From a plasmid: 64,000 nucleotides of DNA. The notes under the pieces were generated by a model. That model saw nothing but the letters and a program-made list of their open reading frames with translations, was not told the origin of the DNA and ran no database searches. The stretch is taken from sequence record NZ_CP110904.1. One strand, written 5' to 3'. The position numbers and the translations under genes are program-made. Positions 1 to 9,840 of the stretch are shown piece after piece (position 1 is the stretch's first letter; each line of letters starts with the position of its first letter).

Positions 1-117
1 GCCGGGTTGATGACCAGACCATTGCTTTTGCGTGCGCCGTTACCGGAACGCTCCAGGTAAGTGCGCAGGCTGATATCGTTGTTAGCGGTTTTTACATCAT
101 TTTCGATAGTGGACATT
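1..117 (-). CDS. hypothetical protein, N-terminal fragment (gene runs off the window start)
   Basis: ATG at 115-117 on the minus strand. Translation MSTIENDVKTANNDISLRTYLERSGNGARKSNGLVINP... Preceded by the shared GGTTATTAG promoter module. No family recognised. Confidence 0.4.
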
Positions 118-165
118 GTGGCCTTCCTTTTAATTTTTCGTTTAGGGTGGTTGTTCGCTACAACA

Positions 166-200
166 CAACAATACCAGGTTCGATTCATTTCCTAATAACC
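166..200 (-). promoter_or_regulatory. promoter module copy 0: GGTTATTAGG box, 14-nt spacer, TGGTATTGT extended -10
   Basis: In gene sense the sequence reads GGTTATTAGGaaatgaatcgaaccTGGTATTGT, about 45 nt upstream of the ATG at 117. It matches the same architecture as eight other copies. Confidence 0.5.
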
Positions 201-213
201 TGAGGCGAAAAAA

Positions 214-224
214 AAAGTAACTTT
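214..224. repeat. AAAGTAACTTT palindromic repeat, copy a
   Basis: Exact 11-bp palindrome, extended on the right by TTTTCCCGG. Intergenic. Confidence 0.6.
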
Positions 225-330
225 TTTTCCCGGGGTAATAGTACGTGATCCGTCCGTTTTAATTTTTCGCTAAGGAGGCCAAATTTAACTTTAGTGTGAA
301 ATCGGGTACCAAAAAGCCGGAATTTATCGA

Positions 331-341
331 AAAGTTACTTT
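331..341. repeat. AAAGTTACTTT palindromic repeat, copy b
   Basis: Exact 11-bp palindrome within GAAAAGTTACTTTTCCG. Intergenic. Confidence 0.6.
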
Positions 342-447
342 TCCGTCTGCAAGAACCCACAATAATGCAGATCCGTCAGCATGAAAGGTGTGACATGCGC
401 TGAAGGGAAGATGAGTAAGAGGGGAACTGCGGCGTCACACGGCATCT

Positions 448-458
448 AAAGTTACTTT
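448..458. repeat. AAAGTTACTTT palindromic repeat, copy c
   Basis: Exact palindrome. Intergenic. Confidence 0.6.
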
Positions 459-1022
459 TCCAAAATATGGAATGGCAATCTATCTATCGCTATAAAGGAA
501 TAACCGGGATCACTGTCGAACATCTCAACGCGGGGCAGGTAGAATGAGGGAATTAAAATCGGGCCAGGCTAAATCTGCCCGACCATCGGGAAAGGATACG
601 GCGGCATGGGTCTTACACGAGATAATGCGAATGTATGGTCTTTTCCGGTTGCGACTGTTGGGTTTCTTTCTCACCTGTGGCTAACCGTCGGTATTCGGCG
701 TCACAAAACATCCGTAAGTTGGTAAAGACTTTCTCCATAAACTCAGCGTGAGCAAACGACTCACCCGGGGATTGTGTACGTTCTTTCATACATTCCTTTT
801 TAATCATGTCGACACCTTCGGCACAGGTTGCAGCGGGTACGTCAGCGGGTCACCAGCTGGCGCTGATAATTCGTGAATCCGGAATAGTATTCTACCCTGT
901 TCGCATGCCACATCTGGTCGATAAGCGGGGAATTTCAATCCTATATTGAACCCAGCGACCACCGCAGGGAGAAGGGGCACATGACTTGTTTGTCCGTCCG
1001 GTCTCGGCATAAGGAGCGAGCC

Positions 1023-1277
1023 ATGAGCAAAGAGACTCTGTCACTGGCAACCCGTTACGCGGGCAACTCCTCTGTGATTTCGGAAATGCAGACAGCGCTG
1101 GACGTAATGCCGCTGGTGACGGAAGCCGTTCAGAGCGTGTGCGAACGGGTTGAATGTGAGCCCACTGAATTTCTGGACGCGATGGCGCTTGTAAAACGTT
1201 TCCTGCTGGCAAAACAAGATGAACTCCGTGCGGAAAGCGTTTCAATCCGCAAGCAGCTGGGTGAGATGGGGGAATAA
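1023..1277 (+). CDS. hypothetical small protein (85 aa from the internal ATG; the ORF track extends it to 981)
   Basis: RBS AAGGAG lies 7 nt before the ATG at 1023. First of six co-directional small genes. The stop overlaps the next start (TAATG). Confidence 0.5.
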   Translation: MSKETLSLATRYAGNSSVISEMQTALDVMPLVTEAVQSVCERVECEPTEFLDAMALVKRFLLAKQDELRAESVSIRKQLGEMGE

Positions 1278-1687
1278 TGATGATTAAGTCTACTATCAGC
1301 AACGATGCGCTTCGCACCCGTATTCAGGCGCTGCGTAAAACCAGTGCAAACACCCTTGTCAGCACGGCGAAATTCGACGCTGATGCGCTGGAGGACCTCC
1401 TGCGCCTGCGTACCGCAGTGAAGCTGAGACGAGTACACGTGGTCCAGAGTGGCACCTGCGACTGCGAGGAGCCCTGTGAATGCATGCCCGGGCTGTATGT
1501 AACCGTCGACTCCGGCGTGGGTCACGGCCAGGCGGTCTGGACTTACCGGGACGACGGAAAATCCGGTCTGGCGTACTGGTGCGAATTTATGGGACTCGCT
1601 CCATTCTGGGCCGAAGACCAGATGCATGCCGCCGAACTGCTTCGCGAGAAACTGGCCCCTGACCCGACGGTTTCAACAGCGACATGA
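1277..1687 (+). CDS. hypothetical protein with a Cys cluster (CDCEEPCEC)
   Basis: 136-aa ORF, GGGGGA RBS, translationally coupled to its neighbours. Confidence 0.5.
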   Translation: MMIKSTISNDALRTRIQALRKTSANTLVSTAKFDADALEDLLRLRTAVKLRRVHVVQSGTCDCEEPCECMPGLYVTVDSGVGHGQAVWTYRDDGKSGLAYWCEFMGLAPFWAEDQMHAAELLREKLAPDPTVSTAT

Positions 1688-1995
1688 CACGGCTGCACTC
1701 TCCCCCTGGGAGCCGCACTACGCGGCTCTGTTTGACCGAGAACACTATGACCGATAACAATGAAAAGCACGTTAACGCGATCCATATGAAGGGCAACGAT
1801 AACGCGAAAAAAGATGAGGCCGACAAAGCAACGGCACTGGTCCAGATGCGTATGACCCCGGAGAAAAAATCACGCTATGTCCGTGAGGCGAAGCGTAATG
1901 GCCTGACTATCTCGGCATGGATTCAGCGTCATATGGATCAGGTATGTGATGAGTCAGACGTAAACTATCTAAAGAAAAAGGCTGGCGAGCAATAG
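1684..1995 (+). CDS. small protein with a ribbon-helix-helix-like C-terminal half (MTPEKKSRYVREAKRNGLTISAWIQRHMD)
   Basis: ATGA overlap with the upstream stop. Paralogous to 3078-3440. An alternative start is at 1744. Confidence 0.5.
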   Translation: MTRLHSPPGSRTTRLCLTENTMTDNNEKHVNAIHMKGNDNAKKDEADKATALVQMRMTPEKKSRYVREAKRNGLTISAWIQRHMDQVCDESDVNYLKKKAGEQ

Positions 1996-2019
1996 GCGAC
2001 AGTCCACCAGCAGCAGCGA

Positions 2020-2030
2020 AAAGTTACTTT
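2020..2030. repeat. AAAGTTACTTT palindromic repeat, copy d
   Basis: Sits in GAAAAGTTACTTTCCCGGTTGCC. Intergenic, 90 nt upstream of the 2120 ATG. Confidence 0.6.
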
Positions 2031-2119
2031 CCCGGTTGCCTGAAAAGGACCGCATACTGCAAACACAAGGTGTGAACATCACACCCCCGCCCCGGCGGCT
2101 CCGGGCAAAGGAGTATCCA

Positions 2120-2452
2120 ATGAAACTTTCCCGCCAGACCACGAACGACACTGCTGTAATCGAAGGTACCCGCAGCCACTTCTGGGGTCGCTCGCTCTAC
2201 TTCATCATTGAGAATGCGCCCAGGGCACACCTCGTCGCTATTGATGAATTGCTGGATGCAGCGGGTTGGGAAAGCGATCACTGTCCAAACTACGAAGATG
2301 ACGATGCGTTTGGGCATGCCGGTTACAGCTGCGGGTACATGATTGAGATAGATGACGTGGCACGCTTCAGGGCTGACTATAAGCGCCTCAAAAAGCAGAT
2401 TGCCGCCCATATCGCCGCCCAGCGTAAAGCCGCAGCCAAACAGACGGCATGA
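2120..2452 (+). CDS. hypothetical acidic protein (110 aa)
   Basis: RBS AAGGAG lies 7 nt upstream of the ATG at 2120. The ORF track extends it to 2036. Confidence 0.5.
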   Translation: MKLSRQTTNDTAVIEGTRSHFWGRSLYFIIENAPRAHLVAIDELLDAAGWESDHCPNYEDDDAFGHAGYSCGYMIEIDDVARFRADYKRLKKQIAAHIAAQRKAAAKQTA

Positions 2453-2496
2453 ATTTTAATGCAAGCGTTGAGCCTGCATCTAAAAGGAACTGTGCA

Positions 2497-3066
2497 ATGA
2501 CCGAACAACTATCGGATGAAAAACTGCACCAGCTGGAAGGTGCTGCCGCAAATTACCGTACGACATACCAGGCGCACCTCGCTAATCCACTGGATGGCTC
2601 CGCAGTACAGGACTGGGATGAAGCGACCCGTCAACTAATGGCGGTCATCAATTACGATGAAGCCAATATTATCGCGCACCTACTGGCTCGCCGGGATGCA
2701 GATCTTGCCAGGCATGAAAGCGACATGACCCGGGCTATCGCAGCTTGGCAGACGGCATCCGTGAAGCTGTCCGAGCAGGCCAGCCAGCAACCAGAATTCC
2801 ACCTCCGCCGTGTTGGTGGGGACGAGGAGCTCTATGCCCCTTGTGGAAAAGATTATCCACGGGGAAGAGCGTACTACGTTAAGCCGGTAGTGAGCCTGGT
2901 TACCGTAAATTGTCCGCCCTGCGACCAATGCTTTGATTCTGCCGACGCCGCAACGGCCTACCGGGATGAGCAGTGGAGACATGTGCTGAGTGAAGCTGGT
3001 GTGCTGGTTACGCCGGGGGAGACAGCCCCGGTTCAGCCCACTGAAGACAAGCCGCTTTCCAAATAG
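2497..3066 (+). CDS. hypothetical protein (189 aa), C-terminal CPPCDQC motif
   Basis: RBS AAAAGGAA before the ATG at 2497. The ORF track gives 2449. Confidence 0.45.
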   Translation: MTEQLSDEKLHQLEGAAANYRTTYQAHLANPLDGSAVQDWDEATRQLMAVINYDEANIIAHLLARRDADLARHESDMTRAIAAWQTASVKLSEQASQQPEFHLRRVGGDEELYAPCGKDYPRGRAYYVKPVVSLVTVNCPPCDQCFDSADAATAYRDEQWRHVLSEAGVLVTPGETAPVQPTEDKPLSK

Positions 3067-3077
3067 TGCGATTGAAA

Positions 3078-3440
3078 ATGAAAACGAAGATGAAACAGCC
3101 CAAATCTGCACTTCAGAATGCGATGAAGGGCGAAGAGCCTGCGAGCGTACAAATTCAGATGCGTGCCACTGTAACAAGAAAAGAACGCTATAAGGCGCAG
3201 GCAATTCAGGAGGATCTGAATTTAACCGAATGGATGGCGAATCATCTGGACGCCGTCTGTGACGCCGCCGAAGGAAAGGCATCCGTCAGCATCTTTTCCC
3301 CGGTTGTACCGGAGAAGATCCCAGACAGCGTCTACCAGGTCATCTATCAGGAATGCGGCGGGTTCGTGGACTGCGATGCGAATGCCCAGACGATCTGGAA
3401 TGCCTGCCGCCAGGCCATTCTGAAAAACGTGAAAGACTGA
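3078..3440 (+). CDS. small protein with an RHH-like core (QMRATVTRKERYKAQAIQEDLNLTEWMANHLD), paralog of 1684-1995
   Basis: The two proteins align over about 35 aa. A GTG alternative at 3066 overlaps the upstream stop. Confidence 0.5.
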   Translation: MKTKMKQPKSALQNAMKGEEPASVQIQMRATVTRKERYKAQAIQEDLNLTEWMANHLDAVCDAAEGKASVSIFSPVVPEKIPDSVYQVIYQECGGFVDCDANAQTIWNACRQAILKNVKD

Positions 3441-3479
3441 ATACCCGGCGTCATTTTACCGGATGCAGCAAGGACAAAC

Positions 3480-3686
3480 ATGACCATAATTGAACGCCGT
3501 GCAGAGATGCGCCAGACGGCCATTAAAGCTCTGCTGGATGCTGAAGAAGCACTGACCGCACTGGCTATGTCCTATGAGCTACAGCCCAATGAGAAGACCA
3601 GTGCATGTCATCCACAAACCAGTACTCTCTCCACGACCAGCCAGGTTCGGAAATTGCGGCGGGTCCTCGAAAAATTGAGGCGTTGA
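3480..3686 (+). CDS. hypothetical small protein
   Basis: 68-aa ORF. Weak support. Confidence 0.25.
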   Translation: MTIIERRAEMRQTAIKALLDAEEALTALAMSYELQPNEKTSACHPQTSTLSTTSQVRKLRRVLEKLRR

Positions 3687-3825
3687 GAATTAAACAGGAC
3701 GCAGGAGGAGGTACCCAGTGCGAGCCGCAGCCGTTCTGGGGAGAATTTTAATCCGACGGTATTCCACTGAGACTGTTGAATGCCTTGGGTAATTGAGTGG
3801 CGGTCTGCCACCGAACGGAAGGAAA

Positions 3826-3860
3826 AAAGGGTTTCCCCGACCGGAGAAACCCTTTTCTAA
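3826..3860. terminator. bidirectional rho-independent terminator
   Basis: Stem AAAGGGTTTC...GAAACCCTTT flanked by T-runs on both strands. It ends the plus-strand operon and the minus-strand relBE-hok operon. Confidence 0.6.
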
Positions 3861-3920
3861 AGGTGCTATTGGCTTGCTGGCCACATCTGAATCGAGGGGG
3901 GTTCCCCCCCCCTCTTTCAG

Positions 3921-4079
3921 CTACTTACCGGATTCGTAGTCCATCACAGCCGACACTTCCCGCGTACCGTCTTTCAGCCGCAGTTCGCAGAGCGAATTGC
4001 GCGTAAGCCAGGTGAATATCAACAGCGTAAGACATACTATCAATACGCACAAAACAACGGGTTGGTTCGGCAGTTTCAT
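3921..4079 (-). CDS. hokD: Hok/Gef-family small membrane toxin (HokD/RelF-like, 52 aa)
   Basis: Translation [52 protein letters not shown]. This is a typical Hok single-TM peptide, located immediately downstream of relE as in the K-12 relBEF arrangement. Confidence 0.7.
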   Translation of the reverse strand: MKLPNQPVVLCVLIVCLTLLIFTWLTRNSLCELRLKDGTREVSAVMDYESGK

Positions 4080-4149
4080 GGCTTCTTCTCCTGTCAACGC
4101 AAAGCAGAAGTGTCACCATCGGTGCGAAACAGAGATGTCATGCTTTGGT

Positions 4150-4437
4150 TCAGAGAATGCGTTTGACCGCCTCGCTATATACTTCCGAGCGTTCTCTTTT
4201 CCCAACAGAAATCACGAAAACGACAACTTTCTCGTCTATAACCTGGTATACAAGGCGATAGCCTGAAGACCGGAGCTTAATCTTGTAACAATCAGGCATA
4301 CCACGGAGCTTGTTTGCTTCAATCCGGGGTGACTCAAGTACTTCAACCAGCTTCTTTTTCAACTGTTCACGTACCGTCGAGCCCAGCTTTCGCCATTCCT
4401 TTAGTGCCCGCTCGTCAAAATCCAGAAAATACGCCAT
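4150..4437 (-). CDS. relE: RelE mRNA interferase toxin
   Basis: The 95-aa translation matches E. coli RelE almost residue for residue, as recalled. Confidence 0.9.
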   Translation of the reverse strand: MAYFLDFDERALKEWRKLGSTVREQLKKKLVEVLESPRIEANKLRGMPDCYKIKLRSSGYRLVYQVIDEKVVVFVISVGKRERSEVYSEAVKRIL

Positions 4438-4676
4438 CAGAGTTCATCCAGCGTCACACGTACTGGCTTAGGATTACGAAGTCGTTCTTTCACTATCTCC
4501 ACAAGTTCAGCATCTTCATCACTCAGGAGTGTCTGTTTGAACGGCAAGCGTTCATTGTCAGCGATATACTCGAGCATGAGACGAAGCGCTTCAGAAGGAG
4601 TTACGCCCATTTTTTCAAGCGCGGCGTAAGAACGCGCTTTAAGTTCATCGTCAATACGTAGGTTAATGCTACCCAT
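4437..4676 (-). CDS. relB: RelB antitoxin
   Basis: The 79-aa translation MGSINLRIDDELKARSYA... matches E. coli RelB. It overlaps relE by 1 nt. Confidence 0.9.
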   Translation of the reverse strand: MGSINLRIDDELKARSYAALEKMGVTPSEALRLMLEYIADNERLPFKQTLLSDEDAELVEIVKERLRNPKPVRVTLDEL

Positions 4677-4688
4677 GTCTTACACCCC

Positions 4689-4714
4689 TTGTAATTACAA
4701 ATGTCATTACAAGT
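4689..4714 (-). promoter_or_regulatory. relBE operator/promoter (TTGTAATTACAA-type palindromes)
   Basis: CTTGTAATTACAAATGTCATTACAAG lies immediately upstream of relB. Confidence 0.5.
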
Positions 4715-4938
4715 ATCGCACTACAACATGCTTAGGGCAAGTCACGAAGTAAGTCAGAAAGTAGTCGTAAGAACGGTGATCACTGTCCGCTTTGTGCCAG
4801 AAGCGGACTTTTTAAAAATATTGCGTGCCCAACAATTGGGCGCAGGTCACATCAAGTACCCTCAGAATTATAGAGAATACCTGAAATTTTTGTAGAGCGA
4901 GGTTTGTTACCCTGCCCGACCAGCGACATGTGGTTAGT

Positions 4939-5862
4939 TTAGTGATCAGAAATGTCGAGCGTTTGGTCGTTCATTGACGCGGGATCTTCCAACGGTTCCA
5001 CATGAGTGGTGATATGGATAAAAGGCAGTGCGGTGCGGATATCATTCTCTATACGCTCGGCCCAGTCGTGCCCATATTGAACAGTCCATCGCCCAGGAAC
5101 TAGGATGTGCATTGTCATAAACGCCCGCCCGCCAGCCTGGCGTGTACGTAGTGCATGGAAATCAAGCCCCTGTTCACGATATCCTGCCAGCAGTGACTCG
5201 ATTTTTTTGAGTTCTTCCGTGGGTAGCGATACGTCCATCAGACCTGCAGCTGAACGACTCATAAGCTGATAACCAGTCCAAACGATGTTGGCTGCGACCA
5301 GCAATGCAACGATCGGATCGACCCAAAACCAGCCGGTCAGATAAACCAGTCCGACACCAAAAATGACACCGACCGACGTCCAGACATCGGTCAGCAGGTG
5401 ATGAGCATCTGCCTCAAGAGTGATAGAGTTGTGCTGCCTGCCAGCCCTTAACAAAATGCGAGCCGTCACAAAATTAAGGATTGATGCGACTGTTGAAACC
5501 AGTAATCCGAGACCAATCTCCTCAAGCGGCTGTGGAGTTAACATCCGCTCAACTGCGGTATAGGCGATACTGGCTGCCGCCAATAGGATCAGAAATCCTT
5601 CGAAAGCACTCGAGAAATATTCGGCTTTGCCGTGCCCATATGCATGGTTCTCATCGGCCGGAAGCGCAGCCAAGGTCAGCATCCAGAGCGCCATTAGGGC
5701 TCCTGCGAGGTTAACTACGGATTCGATGGCATCAGATAGCAGACCGACCGAACCGGTCATTTTCCACGCCACACCTTTGAGTCCGATAGTGGCAATAGCC
5801 GTGGCAATGGAAAGCCAAGCGTAGTGCGTCAGCGGACGAGGTAACCCTTTTGTTTTAGTCAT
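4939..5862 (-). CDS. cation diffusion facilitator (CDF) family metal efflux transporter
   Basis: 307 aa with six TM helices, an HxxxD-like metal-site context, and the cytoplasmic C-terminal domain typical of CzcD/FieF-type transporters. Confidence 0.85.
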   Translation of the reverse strand: MTKTKGLPRPLTHYAWLSIATAIATIGLKGVAWKMTGSVGLLSDAIESVVNLAGALMALWMLTLAALPADENHAYGHGKAEYFSSAFEGFLILLAAASIAYTAVERMLTPQPLEEIGLGLLVSTVASILNFVTARILLRAGRQHNSITLEADAHHLLTDVWTSVGVIFGVGLVYLTGWFWVDPIVALLVAANIVWTGYQLMSRSAAGLMDVSLPTEELKKIESLLAGYREQGLDFHALRTRQAGGRAFMTMHILVPGRWTVQYGHDWAERIENDIRTALPFIHITTHVEPLEDPASMNDQTLDISDH

Positions 5863-6061
5863 TATTAACTTCCTAAAATAGGACGACTAACTCACATTTC
5901 TATCCATGATAGATAATTAAACAATCATTTCGCCATGAATATTTTTTCGTTTTTATTAAATTTAATTAAAAAGTCTCTGCAAGTGCTGTTTCATCTTCTA
6001 GTAAACTAAATTTTATTTTTAGGGTTTTCTTCAACTTGAAGTAATATTATCTCACAACAGA

Positions 6062-6673
6062 TTAGTCACTTAGGTTAACTGAGCGGCTTTTATATTTTTC
6101 AATTAAAATATGCAAAACTCCCATTGCACCATGTGCATAAAAATAGACCTCAATGAAAGTAGTAAAGAACTTATGCCAGTGGATTACTGTTTCAGCCAGA
6201 TTTGACTGCATGGTATTCAACAAGAACCATAGGCCACCTGAAAGTGCTACAATTAGCAATGCTAGAACTCCAAATCCTTGGATTGTACTGGCAATACCTC
6301 CCGAATGTGCATCGGGCAGTCGGAAACTAGTCAACGTTTTTATATCTTGCTTAATACCACTAAAGTCAAGCCCTACCCATGAAAAATAATAAGTAAAACC
6401 TCTTTGAGTAAGCATCCAACTTAACATAATAAAACCACAAATAATCAGTCCTAACCCTGAAATAATGTGCATCCAGGTTATAACTCCTTCAAGACTATGT
6501 TCACCAATTGCTTCGGTCTCTGTCAGATTAGAGTTAATAATTTGTGATAATATTAGAAATGCCACAATGATGTGAAGAATACGAAAAAAAGGAGCGTAAT
6601 CATGGGGTAATAGATTCCAGAGTCGCAATTTCATTAATGAGTCCTTAGTAAATTTATCGATGATCTTAATCAT
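6062..6673 (-). CDS. integral membrane protein, possibly cytochrome b561-like
   Basis: 203 aa with four predicted TM helices and several conserved His residues. It lies in a very AT-rich island. Confidence 0.4.
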   Translation of the reverse strand: MIKIIDKFTKDSLMKLRLWNLLPHDYAPFFRILHIIVAFLILSQIINSNLTETEAIGEHSLEGVITWMHIISGLGLIICGFIMLSWMLTQRGFTYYFSWVGLDFSGIKQDIKTLTSFRLPDAHSGGIASTIQGFGVLALLIVALSGGLWFLLNTMQSNLAETVIHWHKFFTTFIEVYFYAHGAMGVLHILIEKYKSRSVNLSD

Positions 6674-7085
6674 ACAAAAGAATTATTAGGATAACCTTAA
6701 TTCTTAAAATTGCAGCAGGCATTAGTTCACCTCTGATATGGCCACTTGCGAAATGGGAATGGTAACTGTTATTACTATGTGTTTACTTGCTGTTCTTGTT
6801 ACGCAGCCCCTTAAACACATTACTTTCAAATATGATTTCCTGCTGGGTTTAAATATGTGTCTTTCTATAGTGCGGCAACCTATTTTTACACCAACTCATG
6901 AATTAAATAAGAATCATAAATTAAATGAGAGGTTTAATTCTCTTGCTTAACACGATGATATTAAATGGAAATTTTAATTTTTGTAATTTATTAAACAGTT
7001 AGAATGAGACATGGTAAATACGATCTTCCTTTAGATAATTCTGATAGCACTTTTTCTACTGGGCAGTCTGCAATGTCCGCTTCTC

Positions 7086-8310
7086 GCTGTGAGTTCAATG
7101 GGTCGATGCAACGCTATCCTTAATCAAGGGGGACGTTGTCATGAAACGAAGAACTCGGATTAACTACACGCCAGAGCAGAAGGCAATTATCTGGGACAGA
7201 TATAAGCAAGGTGATTCTCTACATGATATCGCCAGAATGTTCGACAGATATCATTCTTCCATTATGCCCACTATCCACCAGACAGGCGGCTACCGTCCTC
7301 CCGTGCGAAAACGGCACCGATTAGCGCTTTCGCTTGATGAAAGAGAGGAGATATCCAGAGGGCTGGTAGCAAAACTCAGCATCAGGGACATCGCCGCCAA
7401 ATTATCAAGAGCGCCCTCAACGATTAGCCGCGAGGTCAGGAGGCACAGTGGTGCAAAACAATACCGAGCAGCAAAAGCCGATGCTACTGCGTGGGAAAAT
7501 GCGCTGAGACCAAAACCGTGCAAGCTAATTGAAAGCCCCGCATTGTGTAAAATCATTGCAGAGAAGATGCATCAGGACTGGTCGCCGGAACAGATCGCCG
7601 GTTGGCTGAAACGTTGTTATCCGGATAATCAGGAAATGCATGTGTCACACGAAACGATTTATAAAACGCTTTTTATACAAACCCGGGGAGCATTAAAAAA
7701 AGAGCTGCAGCAATGCCTCAGAAGCGGAAGAGCAGTGCGTAGATCCAGAACGTCATCGCTTAAAGGGAAAGGATTAGGGTCAATCCCGAACACGATACCT
7801 ATCAGCGAAAGGCCACCAGAGGCGGCTGACAGAGCCATTCCAGGTCACTGGGAAGGTGACTTGATTCAGGGCTCGAAAAACTCCTATATAATCACCCTCG
7901 TAGAACGTCATTCCCGTTTTGTTATGCTGGCGAAGATCAGAGACAACAAGACCATAACGGTTATATCTGCACTCATCAGACAAGCCCGGGAATTACCTGC
8001 TGAACTTTATAAAACATTAACCTGGGACCGGGGCGCTGAAATGACCAGCCACACCCGGTTTACTGTAGCCACAGATATTCAGGTTTACTTCTGCGATCCT
8101 CAATCCCCCTGGCAACGTGGCTCAAATGAAAATACGAACAGATTGCTCAGACAATATTTTCCAAAAGGAACTGACTTATCGGTTCACAGCCAGCAAAGAC
8201 TTAACAGTGTTGCCAGACAGCTCAACGAAAGGCCGAGAAAAACGCTAGACTATGAATCACCCGCAGAACGGTTCAATAAGTGTGTTGCGTCCATCAGTTG
8301 AACTCACAGC
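7086..8310 (+). mobile_element. IS30-family insertion sequence (about 1225 bp)
   Basis: Terminal inverted repeats GCTGTGAGTTCAATGGGTCGATGCAACGC and GCTGTGAGTTCAACTGATGGACGCAACAC resemble the IS30 IRs. A single transposase ORF fills the element. Confidence 0.8.
7141..8301 (+). CDS. IS30-family DDE transposase
   Basis: 386 aa, collinear with the IS30 transposase (HWEGDL, TLVERHSR, DRG and FCDPQSPWQRGSNENTN motifs). Confidence 0.9.
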   Translation: MKRRTRINYTPEQKAIIWDRYKQGDSLHDIARMFDRYHSSIMPTIHQTGGYRPPVRKRHRLALSLDEREEISRGLVAKLSIRDIAAKLSRAPSTISREVRRHSGAKQYRAAKADATAWENALRPKPCKLIESPALCKIIAEKMHQDWSPEQIAGWLKRCYPDNQEMHVSHETIYKTLFIQTRGALKKELQQCLRSGRAVRRSRTSSLKGKGLGSIPNTIPISERPPEAADRAIPGHWEGDLIQGSKNSYIITLVERHSRFVMLAKIRDNKTITVISALIRQARELPAELYKTLTWDRGAEMTSHTRFTVATDIQVYFCDPQSPWQRGSNENTNRLLRQYFPKGTDLSVHSQQRLNSVARQLNERPRKTLDYESPAERFNKCVASIS

Positions 8311-8499
8311 TCTTAGCGGACATTAGCATAGGCTATTTACCATAACGCCGCATTACGCGTACCGCTCAGACGGCCTGAGCGCGTTTCTGACGTGTCCCCG
8401 TTAAAAACAGTAACAAACCACCCGAAAATGCACGCCAGAAACGCTACGTAAGAATCTATCCTATGACTGGATATGCACTCAACTGAATAACGCCTGGTT

Positions 8500-9840
8500 T
8501 CAGTCCATTTTATCGGGATCAGCCTTCTTTCTGGGTAATTTAGGGGGCTTCACTTGCTGATTACTTTGCGTGCGGCGCGTGAGCCAAGGATGGTCAGCTT
8601 TAGGTTTTACGTAGAATTTTGAGCGTAAATCAAAACGGGCATTATCCACACGTTCATGGACACTTTTTTCATCATCCAGTGGTATAGGCTCCGGGCCATC
8701 AACATATTTTTCCCATCCCAACGCTTTCCCATCATACAGAACCTTAATTTCACCGTTAAAGCTTTCGCATACCGTGACAACCGAATGCCGAAGTCGATAT
8801 CCCCGGCCTTCACTGCGAATCTGAAACGCACTGCTTTTGTACTGGAAAGTGAGATTTTTGGAGAGAACGCGCTTCGCCTGGAGGCTGAAGATATAACCCA
8901 GTTCCTCTTCAGAATGGTGTACATCAAGATGGGCGTTATCAGCAATACGAGGCGGCGTAGCAAACCGGTTGTTATAGGCTTCAATAAAGGTCGGCAACCA
9001 TGCGTTTGCTGTTTCAATATCACTGATACCCTGAAGCCGCATTTCTTTGACCAGCCTGTCCTGCAGTGTCTGATTGGCACGCTCTACCCGCCCTTTTGCC
9101 TGCGGGCTGTTGGCATGGATTGGCTCGATGCCCAGTGTCTTTATCGCACGTGTGAACTGAGTCAACTCTCCTTCCCGCTCCGGGTTATTTACTCTGAATA
9201 TACTGTGTCTGTCAGAATAGAGAGCCAGTGGTACGCCATGATCATTAAGGTAACCCCGGAGGGTTTCCATGTAAGCCCGGGTTGTTTCTGCAGGAGCGAA
9301 TCGTAGCGCCATCAGAGCGCTGGTAGCATCATCGATAAAGACTATCAGTGTGCATTTGGGGCCCCGACCTTCAAACCAGTCATGAGGCGAGCCATCAATC
9401 TGGATGAGTTCACCGTAGGATGGGCGCCGCATCCGGCGCTGATAAATTCGGGCAAACTTACGACGACGTTCGCGCCATATGCCCTCCTCTACCATCCACT
9501 TCCTGAGAGTTTCAATGGATAAACACAAGCCGTGTATCTCGCGCAATTTTTCGCACGCAAGCGTAGGTCCAAAATCAGCGTAGCGGCCTTTGAGGAGTGA
9601 AATTACTGTTGCTCTGAATTCGGTAGAAAAGGAATTATTGGGACGCTTTCCACGTCGGCGGGAAACTAGACCAGAAGGCCCTTCATTTCTATACCGTTGC
9701 ACCAGACGTTTAACCTGCCGAATAGAAATGCCAATGCGTGCCGCAGCTTGTTCCTGAGTAATATGGCGATTAAGTGACTCCTGAATAATGTGAAGTCGGT
9801 CGAGTTCCTTATGACTCATCGTAACAGTCTCTTTGATCAT
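8500..9840 (-). CDS. rve-type DDE transposase, probably ISNCY (IS1202-group)-like
   Basis: 446 aa with an N-terminal HTH and an integrase-core domain (DGS...D...E). Element ends not resolved. Confidence 0.65.
   Translation of the reverse strand: MIKETVTMSHKELDRLHIIQESLNRHITQEQAAARIGISIRQVKRLVQRYRNEGPSGLVSRRRGKRPNNSFSTEFRATVISLLKGRYADFGPTLACEKLREIHGLCLSIETLRKWMVEEGIWRERRRKFARIYQRRMRRPSYGELIQIDGSPHDWFEGRGPKCTLIVFIDDATSALMALRFAPAETTRAYMETLRGYLNDHGVPLALYSDRHSIFRVNNPEREGELTQFTRAIKTLGIEPIHANSPQAKGRVERANQTLQDRLVKEMRLQGISDIETANAWLPTFIEAYNNRFATPPRIADNAHLDVHHSEEELGYIFSLQAKRVLSKNLTFQYKSSAFQIRSEGRGYRLRHSVVTVCESFNGEIKVLYDGKALGWEKYVDGPEPIPLDDEKSVHERVDNARFDLRSKFYVKPKADHPWLTRRTQSNQQVKPPKLPRKKADPDKMD

Noticed and set aside
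1-117. The partial first gene as PsiB, ArdA or SSB
   Set aside because: The N-terminus does not resemble the remembered N-termini of any of them.
118-600. Possible oriT or single-strand promoter adjacent to the first gene
   Set aside because: No recognisable nick-site motif such as the F-type GGTGTGGTG. The conspicuous structure is explained by the promoter module and three AAAGTTACTTT copies.
613-1317. Minus-strand ORFs 613-807, 804-1010 and 892-1317
   Set aside because: They lie in the upstream or control region of the plus-strand operon and overlap each other and the 1023-1277 gene. No RBS and no conservation signal.
4701-4895. 64-aa plus-strand ORF
   Set aside because: It overlaps the relBE operator and promoter region, and there is no RBS.
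8656-9306. 216-aa plus-strand ORF
   Set aside because: Antisense shadow ORF inside the ISNCY-like transposase gene.
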